Shown piece after piece: positions 58,201 through 63,877 of a stretch of DNA of 64,000 nucleotides. A model generated the notes under the pieces. It worked only from the letters and a program-made list of their open reading frames with translations, was not told the origin of the DNA and did no database searches. Made by a program: the position numbers and the translations under genes. The DNA comes from Botryllus schlosseri. Taxonomy: Eukaryota. Within the stretch, counting starts at the first letter, position 1. Every line of letters begins with the position of its first letter. The stretch is taken from contig CM119378.1 in the NCBI GenBank assembly GCA_051294905.1, forward strand, positions 9,238,001-9,302,000. The letters are read 5' to 3'.

Positions 58201-58694
58201 AGCTGGGAAAAGTCGCGCACTCGAGGGAGTCGATTCCGAAACGAGTATCAGGTCCCAGGTATTCCATTATCACTCACTATAATGCCGTATTAGAAGGAAT
58301 GGTTCTAGTTGAGTATTTTTCGACTATATCTATTTCTTTATAAGTTATTTTGTGATGAAGCTATAGGTTGTTCACGACCTCACGGAAATGTCTCTCCGCT
58401 GGTGGTGCAGACTAGATGGCATTACTTGAAGGTCGTATCGCATCTCCGCCGTCAAAGAATCTGGGTGGTGCAGGCGAAAATAAACCTGAACTCTTTTTTG
58501 TCTCTCGCACTAACGTGTGCCAACTGCTATAGGCATCCACTGATATACTGTTGCGAGTCCCTGCTGGTATATGTCGGCGGTCGTGGTATGTTATGTTATA
58601 GGAATACCAGCATAACATTACCGAGGTAGAATAATACGAACAGACCGACAGCTTGTGTTTTCGAGACGAGCAAGCGCAGTCTTTGATAAATCAT
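4044..58694 (-). CDS. Multi-exon secreted modular serine protease gene: signal peptide - 5x MAM - LDLa - long linker with 2 furin sites - S1 protease (~1500 aa; carries one in-frame TGA at 23802-23804)
   Basis: About 30 GT-AG exons chain with consistent intron phases. Five MAM motif sets (CDFE..CGW, TGP..DHT, G.Y.Y.E.S, FWY.M.G, GDIAIDD), an LDLa module ([13 protein letters not shown]), IIGG, TAAHC, DIAL and GDSGGP are all visible. The 5' end (upstream of 57128) and the 21752-22385 linker are less certain. Confidence 0.9.
4939..5174 (-). repeat. 3' LTR (236 bp)
   Basis: Base-for-base identical to 8979-9214 on manual comparison. Confidence 0.97.
5176..5183 (-). other. Polypurine tract of the Gypsy element
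   Basis: GGGGGAGA lies 1 nt before the 3' LTR. Confidence 0.85.
5203..8949 (-). CDS. gag-pol: Gag-Pol polyprotein (~1248 aa from the ATG at 8949)
   Basis: Gag zinc knuckles (CQYCGSQH...C, CYKCGYKGHFGKVC), protease ALVDSGA, RT IDLKSAYHQ and YLDN, RNase H CDAS...EKEALA...TDQ, integrase HHCC and D-D-E core (IDF, HSD, ERLN). No chromodomain or env visible. Confidence 0.97.
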   Translation of the reverse strand: MAFSQEKYIRVPVLEVMPSSADSQKIFNHWEKMLGKFLVAVQASASNSAAPNRSSSDPPAEVTIDKLAILYGYISPDVFALVEHFATYESALETLCKLYKKKNNLIYSRHLLATSRQDQGESVTDFSLKLLTLAKDCMFAAVNSDEHQKEAVRDALIAGLRSPTIRLRLLEHDDMTLDKAVQIAESLERAQQFSSSYEPISMPVPAAVSAVGSEQTTNSDQVKITPGGIGEVALVTKAYKNCQYCGSQHYPLRKVCPAKNADCYKCGYKGHFGKVCKSGTQNRKIAAPAYDSDEASHLASLAAGGTGAVTFNSAEVADLASLLIGVPKSLRYSAIIINIAGLTIEALVDSGAYECFMRRSFANSLALPLHGPESTITLASKDSTSKVLGHVTSSFTIQDHKYSETRFGVVNNLCADVILGLEFLRTHKNVIFKFNGPRSDLIIGDSHCSVAAAKITETPKIFQFVDRNVDPIAVKSRNYCTDDAQFIKEEVSRLLQEDVIEKSVSPWRAQVLVTKDERHKKRLVIDYSRTINRYTPLDAYPLPRIEHIVNEVAKGTVYSTIDLKSAYHQVPLCPSDRPLTAFEADGNLYQFRRLPFGITNGVAAFQRFIDNFIQNHNLQGTVAYLDNVTIYGKNRKEHDKRLERFMTSAKADGLTLNEKKCAFSVEKLSLLGYLISHNKIQPDPCHLKPLMDMPIPNNAKSLKRCLGMFAYYSKWIPSFSEKVKPLTRNNEFPLKTDELQAIKSLKNSLIGACLSCIYDDEPFEVACDASDVAIAAILSQRGRPVSFMSHTLSKCESKYNIVEKEALAIIEAIRKWGYLLHRNKFRLVTDQKALSFIFSKTHASKIKNAKLSVWKLELSAFKYEIIHRPGTENVVPDTFSRVCCSLPNSGLSLRQVHEALAHPGVRRLNHFMRAKNLPFSVDEVRKICANCRICSEIKPRFYKSNVHHRLVKSTRPWERISIDFKGPVEGPRKYLLVIIDEYSRFPFAYPCRDMTSATVVNCLTDLFSLFGLPEYVHSDRSNSFLSKEVTTFLTRKGIATSKTTPYHPTGNSQCERLNQTLWRSVKMLLASRKLPESSWEAVLPDALHSIRSLLCTSTNSCPHDRFFNFSRRSMMGESVPDWILQGGSVLLRNFARRCKSDPLGIEVDLLEANSKYALIRHPSGVESTVSVKDLAPYPPTTEPYPVDDGAAEPDRAVADDSSLVEPTVEVSNKEDSSETLQEVVADPPPLRRSTRIKRAPERYGQSSK
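8963..8977 (-). other. Non-tRNA primer-binding-site candidate (TTTTATTAACATAAA), complementary to LTR 9022-9036
   Basis: Perfect 15-bp inverted repeat starting 1 nt from the 5' LTR end. Confidence 0.6.
8979..9214 (-). repeat. 5' LTR (236 bp)
   Basis: Starts TGTGG and ends ACAACA on the minus strand; contains AATAAA. Confidence 0.97.
9372..9620 (+). mobile_element. tRNA-derived SINE-like repeat
   Basis: B-box-like GGTTCGAGTGC at about 9436; the 3' core (CCCTGCTAC/TCAA..CGGCAGT) recurs inverted at about 17730-17840. Confidence 0.45.
10777..10916 (-). CDS. Protease exon (QGRERYLRQAEMPIISNSVCKATFWSSFEIHDSYICAGGSGENWCK)
   Basis: Acceptor gacag|AA, donor AAG|gtatga; LRQA.MPII..C and ICAG motifs; joins GDSGGP in phase 0. 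Confidence 0.92.
10986..11104 (-). CDS. Protease exon (YPAKQTPAVQLACILGDNQEPFAEGHPCVTTGWGRRVAN)
   Basis: Acceptor attcag|G, donor A|gtaagt; Cys122-equivalent and C.TTGWG motif; 69-bp intron to the next exon. Confidence 0.92.
11505..12190. repeat. Degenerate ~52-bp minisatellite (~11 units) preceded by ~2 inverted units
   Basis: The core CAGACATACCCAGACATGATGTCCG recurs; reverse-complement units at 11505-11600. Confidence 0.85.
12316..13198. mobile_element. hAT-type MITE
   Basis: TIR CAGTGGCTCTC and GAGAGCCACTG; TSD CTCTAGAT/CTTTAGAT; same family as 22620-22913. Confidence 0.75.
13369..14358. mobile_element. Non-autonomous hAT-type element (TAGGG termini)
   Basis: TIR TAGGGTTGCCATA and ATATGGTAACCCTA; exact TSD TTCTAGGC; inverted copy at about 43982-45114. 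Confidence 0.88.
14777..15533. mobile_element. hAT-type MITE inserted in another MITE
   Basis: TIR CAGGG(G/A)TGTCAAAC with CGGCCCGC subterminal repeats; TSD degenerate. Confidence 0.7.
15980..16278. mobile_element. MITE with internal (ACTAGA)n-based ~40-bp subrepeats; second copy at about 17520-17722
   Basis: Inverted termini GGCAGACTT.TA.AAACTA; both copies share the GTTAGTTAG.TGACCATCAAC end. Confidence 0.7.
18082..18231 (-). CDS. Protease exon with catalytic Asp (VVLGDYDL...YNHNDIALIKL)
   Basis: Acceptor tttcag|C, donor AG|gtacgc; LG.YD and NDIAL motifs. Confidence 0.95.
18252..18560. repeat. Interspersed MITE-family copy (inverted partner at about 41010-41361)
   Basis: Shared GGTT(C/T)TCAACC...GGTCCGCCA...AATGCA.GAAGTTGGATGCTT sequence. 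Confidence 0.6.
19767..19876 (-). CDS. Protease exon with catalytic His (HFFCGGTLIDRYWVITAAHC)
   Basis: Acceptor ttttag|GTA, donor CT|gtaagt; CGG.LI...WV.TAAHC motif. Confidence 0.95.
20302..20383 (-). CDS. Activation-site exon (TSQSRRKRSTKK-IIGGARASPRNYPWQ)
   Basis: Acceptor atttaag|G, donor CAG|gtacac; IIGG...PWQ is the canonical S1 protease N-terminus. This frame differs from the listed ORF. Confidence 0.92.
20808..21193 (-). CDS. Linker/pro-region exon with furin site RKRR
   Basis: 386-nt open frame (ORF 20789..21145 extended); acceptor catatag|GTA, donor CG|gttaga; phase 2 matches the next exon. Confidence 0.8.
21219..21706. mobile_element. Palindromic (foldback/MITE-like) element with degenerate TTAGGG and CCCTAA arms
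   Basis: About 38-bp TIR GCGCTTCTTCGATATACC.CGAGATCAAACAT; G-rich left arm, C-rich right arm; AAAT/GAAAT on both flanks. Confidence 0.8.
21752..21863 (-). CDS. Probable linker exon (extent and frame ambiguous: 21752-21863 phase 2-0, or 21834-21863 phase 0-0)
   Basis: Strong acceptor cctttttggccccttag|G; alternative donors gtggat (21751) or gtatgg (21833). Confidence 0.45.
22386..22483 (-). CDS. Linker exon (GAKPVCGMPSAAPVIPKLTDDHETILDESDKPE), contains the CG motif
   Basis: Acceptor actacag|GA, donor GAG|gtcagt; phase 1 matches the LDLa exon. Confidence 0.75.
22620..22913. mobile_element. hAT (Charlie-like) MITE
   Basis: TIR CAGTG(G/A)TTCCCAACC; exact TSD TTCTAGAA. Confidence 0.88.
23702..23912 (-). 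CDS. End of MAM5 plus LDLa module; contains an in-frame TGA
   Basis: [64 protein letters not shown]; acceptor caacag|GTC, donor G|gtcagt. Confidence 0.92.
23935..24640. mobile_element. Truncated copy of the 31265-32230 family
   Basis: Left end TAGAGATGGTGTGAAC with GGTTCACG motifs and homologous internal sequence. Confidence 0.7.
25037..25459 (+). mobile_element. tRNA-derived SINE with (AAT)n tail
   Basis: A-box TGGCGCAGTTGG, B-box GGTTCGAATCC, (AAT)n tail at 25441-25459, flanking near-identical repeats ACAACG(T/A)AATCA. Confidence 0.72.
27938..28119 (-). CDS. MAM5 exon (KCLTFWYHSFGEGVG...NQGNQWLFTEITINEALPYK)
   Basis: Acceptor ttgcag|CA, donor AAG|gtatgc. Confidence 0.9.
28388..28486 (-). 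CDS. MAM5 exon (ASGTYLYLESSKKQRFDEAWLMSPIIDPKVSA)
   Basis: Acceptor tcacag|AT, donor T|gtaagt; 57-bp intron upstream. Confidence 0.9.
28544..28681 (-). CDS. MAM5 first exon (TCDFETDNCGWMQ...TPSMNTGPSHDHT)
   Basis: Acceptor ttccag|CA, donor A|gtatat. Confidence 0.92.
29413..29622 (-). CDS. MAM4 last exon (KGNQWLEG...GDIALDDFNITDGKC)
   Basis: Acceptor tttcag|GC, donor C|gtgagt. Confidence 0.92.
29750..30060 (+). mobile_element. 5'-truncated non-LTR retrotransposon (LINE) 3' end, C-terminal zinc knuckle
   Basis: RLRTGHCRLNSHLSKIG...PDCATCHVEETAEHVIIECAKY matches the post-RT/RNase H CCHC region of I/R1-type LINE ORF2. Confidence 0.8.
30582..30706 (-). CDS. MAM4 exon (GGYIYIDASRQKIGLRATLISSQFKIDGPKCFRFWYHMYGT)
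   Basis: Acceptor attcag|G, donor G|gtaagt. Confidence 0.92.
30925..31093 (-). CDS. MAM4 first exon (TCDFTTTTCQWQQ...GTGPRADHTSGS)
   Basis: Acceptor tttcag|AA; donor AG|gtacgt chosen because phase 2 matches the next exon. Confidence 0.9.
31265..32230. mobile_element. Non-autonomous DNA transposon with GTTCAC subterminal repeats
   Basis: TIR TAGGGATGGTGTGAAC; 7-bp flanking repeat GTAGTTA; relatives at 23935 and at about 56340-56480. Confidence 0.85.
32564..32614 (-). CDS. Short linker exon between MAM3 and MAM4 (DDEKSKTDHTDAKPMVA)
   Basis: Acceptor atgtag|AT, donor G|gtaaag; phase 1-1; 65-bp intron upstream. Confidence 0.6.
32680..32858 (-). CDS. MAM3 last exon (DWRFAQVTI...RGSGFQSDIALDDIKVEGQPC)
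   Basis: Acceptor aattag|A, donor G|gtgcgt. Confidence 0.9.
33003..33174 (-). CDS. MAM3 exon (GWYIYLEASS...ILSPVINPKNRTCISFFYHMKG)
   Basis: Acceptor atctag|AC, donor AA|gtaagt. Confidence 0.92.
33240..33377 (-). CDS. MAM3 first exon (NCAFERGNLCGWKQ...TPSSGTGPSSDHTTG)
   Basis: Acceptor tttcag|AT, donor C|gtacgt. Confidence 0.92.
34150..36559 (+). mobile_element. Internally deleted hAT element, copy 1
   Basis: TIR CAGTGGCGGCTCGT, exact TSD GTATAAGG, internal ~170-190-bp subrepeats. Confidence 0.9.
37419..37575. mobile_element. ~156-bp MITE nested in the 36595-37650 element
   Basis: TIR CAATGTTCCC and GGGAACATTG; flanks GTGAGGTG (1-nt boundary ambiguity). Confidence 0.75.
37967..38528. mobile_element. 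hAT-type MITE rich in GACTCGAGTC palindromes
   Basis: TIR CAGGGTTGTAA, exact TSD CTCTGAAT; fragments at about 1400-1570, 9235-9300 and 25825-26160. Confidence 0.9.
39414..39615 (-). CDS. MAM2 last exon plus Thr-rich linker (VIVEAGRINFEGDIAIDDLSVGAC...TPTTSTNT)
   Basis: Acceptor atgcag|GTG, donor G|gtggat; 60-bp intron upstream. Confidence 0.88.
39676..39841 (-). CDS. MAM2 exon (YNMNGKHTGPLKVFV...GDQGSQWILGQV)
   Basis: Acceptor tcacag|G, donor CAC|gtaaag. Confidence 0.92.
40001..40115 (-). CDS. MAM2 exon (GSYLYIETSWPRVEGDRARLLSPKIEC)
   Basis: Acceptor atacag|AA, donor TG|gttagt. Confidence 0.92.
41987..42720. mobile_element. hAT-type MITE
   Basis: TIR CAGTGCTTTTCAACC, exact TSD GTTTAGGC. 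Confidence 0.88.
43982..45114. mobile_element. Inverted copy of the 13369-14358 element
   Basis: The reverse complement of 45000-45114 matches TAGGGTTGCCATACGTCCGGAATTTCCCGGACATG; homology continues internally. Confidence 0.8.
45373..45651 (-). CDS. Linker plus MAM2 first exon (YCDFENNTCGWTQ...RTGPVNDHT)
   Basis: Acceptor tcacag|CA, donor C|gtatgt. Confidence 0.9.
45825..45912 (-). CDS. MAM1 last exon ([28 protein letters not shown])
   Basis: Acceptor atacag|ATC, donor C|gtaagt. Confidence 0.92.
46329..46527 (-). CDS. MAM1 exon (FWHNMHGTDVKDLNI...TDWWNHESIDLNVNEPIN)
   Basis: Acceptor tttcag|A, donor AAC|gtaagt. Confidence 0.9.
48083..48194 (-). CDS. MAM1 exon ([36 protein letters not shown])
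   Basis: Acceptor ttttttcaag|AG, donor AG|gtatat; bridges the phase 1 and phase 2 neighbours. Confidence 0.92.
48990..50683 (+). mobile_element. Internally deleted hAT element retaining the C-terminal dimerisation domain, split by a MITE
   Basis: TIR CA(G/C)TGGCGTAGCAGC, exact TSD GCCACACC; remnant LTIGVSIESCARSFSKLKLIKSYLRSAMTDDRLSAL-SIERDCVQNLEFEDIIADFA. Confidence 0.9.
49442..50358. mobile_element. hAT-type MITE nested in a transposase remnant
   Basis: TIR CAGTGGTTCTCAACC; degenerate TSD ATCGATAG/GTCTATAG; removing it restores the transposase frame. Confidence 0.85.
51887..52135 (-). pseudogene. hAT transposase N-terminal (TTF-type zinc finger) remnant
   Basis: RAFSSAHFDKNEWLTYGEDKNALFCFYCLL fits the F...W/F...WL.Y.....FC.C motif of ZMYM1-like hAT transposases. 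Confidence 0.7.
52541..53822. mobile_element. Non-autonomous hAT-type element with TACTTC subterminal repeats; partial copy at about 48955-51053
   Basis: TIR CAGAGGTGGTCA, exact TSD TATGGTAC. Confidence 0.9.
56934..57128 (-). CDS. MAM1 first exon (YKCDFESGYCGWRN...TPTAETGPRWDHT)
   Basis: Acceptor ttcgcag|GT, donor G|gtattt. Confidence 0.9.
58426..58485 (-). CDS. Putative exon 2 of the protease gene (GLFSPAPPRFFDGGDAIRPS)
   Basis: Phase 1-1 with acceptor gttcag|GT and donor A|gtaatg, but a weak polypyrimidine tract. Confidence 0.3.
58622..58694 (-). CDS. Putative first coding exon, signal-peptide-like (MIYQRLRLLVSKTQAVGLFVLFYL)
   Basis: ATG, basic N-region, hydrophobic run, phase-1 donor G|gtaatg compatible with downstream exons. 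Confidence 0.35.
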
Positions 58695-61288
58695 TGAACT
58701 TCATCAAAAGTTCCCAAAGTAACCAAGTAGGCTACTACTTCAAAGTACTCACGTGGTTTTCGTCCGCTTACCCGTGGTTGCGCTTTTATTTTAGGTCTCT
58801 GCGTCGTCAGGTTTTGAAGACAAACTACACACTTCTTACGTTTACAATTTTTGCATCACCTTTATCGGATAGTTTGCCAGGATATAACTTAAAAGAAATA
58901 ATACTGACCCTGTGTGCCTGGCGGGGATACGTCACCATCCGCCCAAATTTCAGTCCTAAATATATACCTATATCAGTGGCGTGGGTGAGATTCGTTATTG
59001 GGGGGGGAGCATATTCTTTTTCATAATCCGATTCACGTGTAGGCCTATATAAAACCTAAAACGTAAGCTGAATCAGTTGATGACCTCATTCTTGTGATAT
59101 TACAGCTTATATCTTCATACTGGAGTGTTCATATCCACAATTAAAGGTTGGCAAAAATAACAGCCTTCTGTGTAAAAGAAATTATTTACTCTGAACCACA
59201 CCACCAATACACAATTCATACTAGACGGTCGGTGCGCAAGCGGATAACACGTTGTTTCACTGCGCTGCGATTGTGGAATTGCGTAGGCCGGGGGTCGGCA
59301 CAAATGGCACGCGAGATGATTTTTTTGGCTCGCCAAATGATTTGACGCACACGACATATTATAACCAGAAGCTTTGCAAAAAGTACAACGTACGTTTTCG
59401 AACTTATTTCACAAATCAACATAAAATAGAGTGTCTTGGGGCTGATTTCATTATTCATGAATAGGCTATTTGTTTCACGCTTCGCGCGATTTACCAGGAC
59501 GTGATTTCTTTATTGTAATGTGAGAAACCCCAAAAGATATATACGTCAACATAATACCGTATAAAACCGTTTAGACGCTTTAGTCGAGGAGTGTGTATTG
59601 TGTAGCCTGTATAGGAGCGTGACTATTTTATAAGCCGGCATTTCTGCACAGGGCATCATTTTCACGCTCAGAGACACACATCTCAGGCATTACGCGACTA
59701 TGCGAGTCCGTGCTCTGTGCGCGATGCCAAAATGATTGGTGGTGATAAAACCTCGAAATAAAATAACCGCAACATGTTGGCCAAAACGTTCAACATTGAT
59801 ATGTACACTGTCCGGGCGCCGAAATGACCGGCGCTGAATAGTCCACCGCCCGCAGCTTGAGCCGCGCTTATCAATTGAGACCCGCAGAGTAAAATAATGA
59901 GTCCCTGGTCAAAATGCGAATTTGGAATCATGTTGGTCACATGAAACGATATATTGCTAACCGACTTATATAATACTGGGATGGAAACAATATTCATCAT
60001 CAGGCCATATCATCGTAGCATCTTTGATGGGCCTGTCACTTATTGGCTATGATACCGACCACAGACCACGACCAAATCAACCACGGAAGATCGATCATTA
60101 CGCGACTCAAATTTAATGGTGCAAATATTACGTACATTAGGCGATAGGTTTGGTGCGGTAGCGACCAAAATTTGTAGTCTCCGAGACTGCAAGAATCACT
60201 GGCGTTACTGGTGCCGGTGCCAGCCTCAGATAAGCGGTTGGTGGGGTTCCTTGCTTGAAATGCTAAATACGAAAAAATTTAAAATGTTTTGCCGTATAGG
60301 TAATATTTTGGTATGTTGCCGAACCCCGGCAGTGGCGAAGAACCATTTTCGTCAAAAGAATCATATCGGCCCTATATTTTCATGTATAATTGCCACCAAA
60401 GATTCAAACAGCAATGCCAATCACGTCTGAGCTCGAAATTGGAGATGGGAAAAGAGTGTTCTTCCATCTCAGAAGAGCTAGTCAAATATAAAGTGTAGGC
60501 GAACGAGCAATATAGTGCGCATGTATACAGGCCGTCAATTCATTAGTAGGAAAAGTGAGTAACACATCGTATGTTCTTCACATAATACCTAAATACTTTC
60601 AGCTGCAGTTCAAATACGGAGACTTTTTGGAGAAAATGGCTGATGCCAATTCACAATTCTATCTAATGCGAGATCACAACATCATATTTTGAACGCAGTG
60701 GCTATTTGAACAAAAATATTTTTACAGTTGAGGAGAAGATGTTGATAAAAATAAACCAAAAGCGCAGATCACTTTCCAGGGAGATTATTCTGGAATTAGC
60801 GGGAGGATACTTCGTATTACTATAATGTGAGCCCTTTATTCAGAATATGTATTGAAAATATAGCATCTGCCAACTCTCTTCGAATTCGTCGTAATTTTCA
60901 CTCTATCCATATCGTTGTCGGTGACGCGACATATGGTGTTAATTACAGCCTCACTGCTAGCTCAAATGTTTACTGTTTAATTACTTCTACAATCCAAATA
61001 ACGATTGATACACATCACAGAACACTCATATATTTGATAAATATTTGAGAACCTCTGTATTGAAGCAAAATACTAATCGCAATCAAACATTGGATACATT
61101 CCTCATTTAGCCTACATGTGACTTGATATTTATGTATATCGGTGTAATAAATGTAGCATACATTCTTGCACAAACACTCAACATAAAACATCTTGAACAC
61201 TCAATGACCTACCAGATCAATCCAGTGTTACCACTTCTGCAAATCTTTCAGCATAAACTCAATATGAAATTTATATTATTATCGAAAA

Positions 61289-61448
61289 CTATATTATCAA
61301 TTCTTCCAGCGCAGTAACTTGCGAGCGAATTTGCTCGACCGCTCTCGTGATATCGTAGGCACTTCTTTTGGTTTGGGTTCGAATCATTGTTTTGGAAGCG
61401 TCAAACGTAGCGTCGAACGGCCTTTTGATGGTTTTTGCTGCGTAATCC
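61289..61448 (-). CDS. TH: Tyrosine hydroxylase-like gene, last coding exon (DYAAKTIKRPFDATFD...tetramerisation helix, stop TAG)
   Basis: Aligns by eye to the TH C-terminus SYASRIQRPFSVKFDP; acceptor atacag|G; 65-bp intron. Confidence 0.85.
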
Positions 61449-61513
61449 CTGTATCAGTGACGAAATGCGTATAAGTTTGCGAAGATATGTTTGGACAGAT
61501 TTGCATAAGTTAC

Positions 61514-61647
61514 CTCATTTTGAACAATGCATCTTTGAACGTTGAAGCTACAAAATATAGAGGCTGGTAGTCAGCGTCTTGATATGGTTGAACAGAGGCC
61601 TTATCGCAGTCGAACTCTACCAGTTGCGGTCTTCCAGAGAGAGCATG
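61514..61647 (-). CDS. TH: Tyrosine hydroxylase-like gene, penultimate exon (HALSGRPQLVEFDCDKASVQPYQDADYQPLYFVASTFKDALFKMR)
   Basis: VQPYQD..YQ..YFV is the TH-type signature among biopterin-dependent hydroxylases. The exon is 134 bp, phase 0-2, like human PAH exon 11. Acceptor ttacag|CAT, donor AG|gtaact. Confidence 0.88.
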
Positions 61648-62379
61648 CTGTAACAAAGGTATGCCTCTGTAAAGATAATCACTAAAGTTGCAGTGAAAAG
61701 TTACATTTATAATTAGTTCATTTCTTTCTTCACTATTCAATCGATCATTCATACATTGTTTTATTCTGCAGGTTTGAAACCTGCATGTCAGCATTTCGCT
61801 GTCAGCTTCAGCACAGCTGTCAAATTTGGTACTTTCATATTTGACGGACGGCCTGGCGATATCGCCGAAAATTACACGTTTGCAGGTACGCAGCAAGTAT
61901 AGATACGGAAATAATCTTCCACAAAAAGCCAAACACCAAAGCTATAAACCATAACAAGTTACATACCACGTCGCAAGCGCGCTCGACCTGCAAACTTCAG
62001 AGAAGGCATTGAAGCAAAACTCAGTGTTGGCGATTTTAACAAAATCCATAGCCTGAATAGGTGACCCCGCTGTGCAATTATCAACGGTCTCGCCTGGCCG
62101 TCCGTCAAAGGGGAAATGACCGCAAATTTAAACCACAGTGAATCAATCAAGCCATCTATTTACATGTAGTTGAGGCAATGTCGTGTCGTGGCTTTGGTTT
62201 TTGAACTTCTAGCTTGCAAGCTTTGTAATTATTTGTTCGTCTATATAGTCACGATCGCCTATTTGACAGTCTTTAGTTAAATGATGGACCTTTCATGATG
62301 TTTATACGACTCTCAGGCATTTTATCGAGTGATCGTATGTTTCGACAGTGAATTGTACCACTTAATGACATGTCGTATC

Positions 62380-63639
62380 CAGGGCTTTGGAGCAGCCGTA
62401 AATTTTAACTGCTCCAGCTCCGGCTCCGGAGCTTTCTTCTATCATACATTAGCTCCGGCTCCAGCTCCGGAGCCGCATTATTACCACGGCTCCGGCTCCA
62501 GCTCCGGCTCCGGCTCTGAAAATCACCGAGAGGGTATGTCTATATCAGGGGTAGCCAACCCGCGGCCCGCAGGCCAAATGGGGTCCGCGAGAGGTTTTTG
62601 AGCGGCCCGCGAGGTAATTTCCTATTATATTATCGTAATACCGTTATATTATCGAAAACGATTTGCTCAGATTGTGAACTTGCAGGGCCAACCAAAATTA
62701 CAAGTCTGGCTGCGACACTTGGGAGGTTGATGACTAAAATATCAGTTCCGACGCTTTGGCATGATCCAGGGTCCAGTCACATTTTTAGTAAATCGTCGTA
62801 GATTACAATAAACTAAAATAGTGATGAAATTTTTCTTCACGCTTCGCTTGTTAAATTGTCACACGATTTCTTGCTTGGTAGCCTGCCCCCTCGTGAAAAT
62901 GAAAAAAACGCCGAATTTACCCCGATTGAGTCTATCTGTATTAGCAATCGCGGGAGAAAGTCTTTTCGCATATTACCGGAAACCTACGATATCGATGTGT
63001 CCAGACGCCGAATAGTCGTGTCCTTACAAACTGAGCCCAGCGGGCGGTATACAGTAGACGCTCAATATGCTCAAGTAATAATATTATTCACCTAGTTCAT
63101 TTATAAACTTCGAAAATTTTACCCGCTTGGCGCGGCTAGTGGACCGCGCACTCGTTCGTCAATTACATGTGCCCCTTTAGCCGAAAAGGATGGCCATCCC
63201 TGGTCTATACAGATTACTAATCTACCCATAGGTTGGTGATCTATAGGAATCTAGAGTTTGTCAGCTGCCAGTAACATCGGATGCAGTAACGAAGACAATG
63301 ACATATGTGCCGCCTTCTCGGCTTGTGACGTCCTAATGAATACTTGTCAATTGTCGATAACATCATAGTTGCACTAGAACGCACTTTATTCCATGCCATT
63401 GCTGTGCACATAGCATTAAAATTCAGGCCTGCTGTTAAATTATGTGAAATCAGCAAATATGGTTGATGCATATATAGTAGCATCTTATGAAATACGTCGG
63501 AGCCGGAGCTACTCCTCAAATAACGGGCTCCGGCTCCGGCTGAATTTTATGTAGAGCTCCGGCTCCGGCTCCAGCTCCGGTGAAAATGCACGGCTCCGGA
63601 GCTCCGGCTCCTAGCTCCGGCTCCGGCTCCAAAGCCCTG
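62380..63639. mobile_element. Non-autonomous hAT-type element with (GCTCCG)n subterminal arrays
   Basis: TIR CAGGGCTTTGGAGC, exact TSD GTCGTATC. Confidence 0.9.
62546..63202. mobile_element. MITE nested in the 62380-63639 element
   Basis: Termini CAGGGGTAGCCA and TGGCCATCCCTG; TSD GTCTATAT/GTCTATAC. Confidence 0.8.
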
Positions 63640-63877
63640 GTCGTATCCGTTTCAAATCATTCTACATATGACGAGATTGACGGATAATTCACATGATTTG
63701 ACGATTTGCGTCCTCGTTTCAGATCTCAGGAACTGCAAACATATATTTCTGGTCTACAAAGTCGTCAGCAATGTTATCTTCTTCAACAACACACTCCGGC
63801 AGTGAAGAGACCATACAAAAGCTGGTGCAAATGATGACAGTGATCCCCGCCACGTAATGCGACATCGGGCTGATAGC

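Noticed and set aside
59700-60110. Plus-strand frame with several TGA stops, suggesting an alternative genetic code insert
   Set aside because: It also contains a TAA and the read-through peptide has no recognisable motif.
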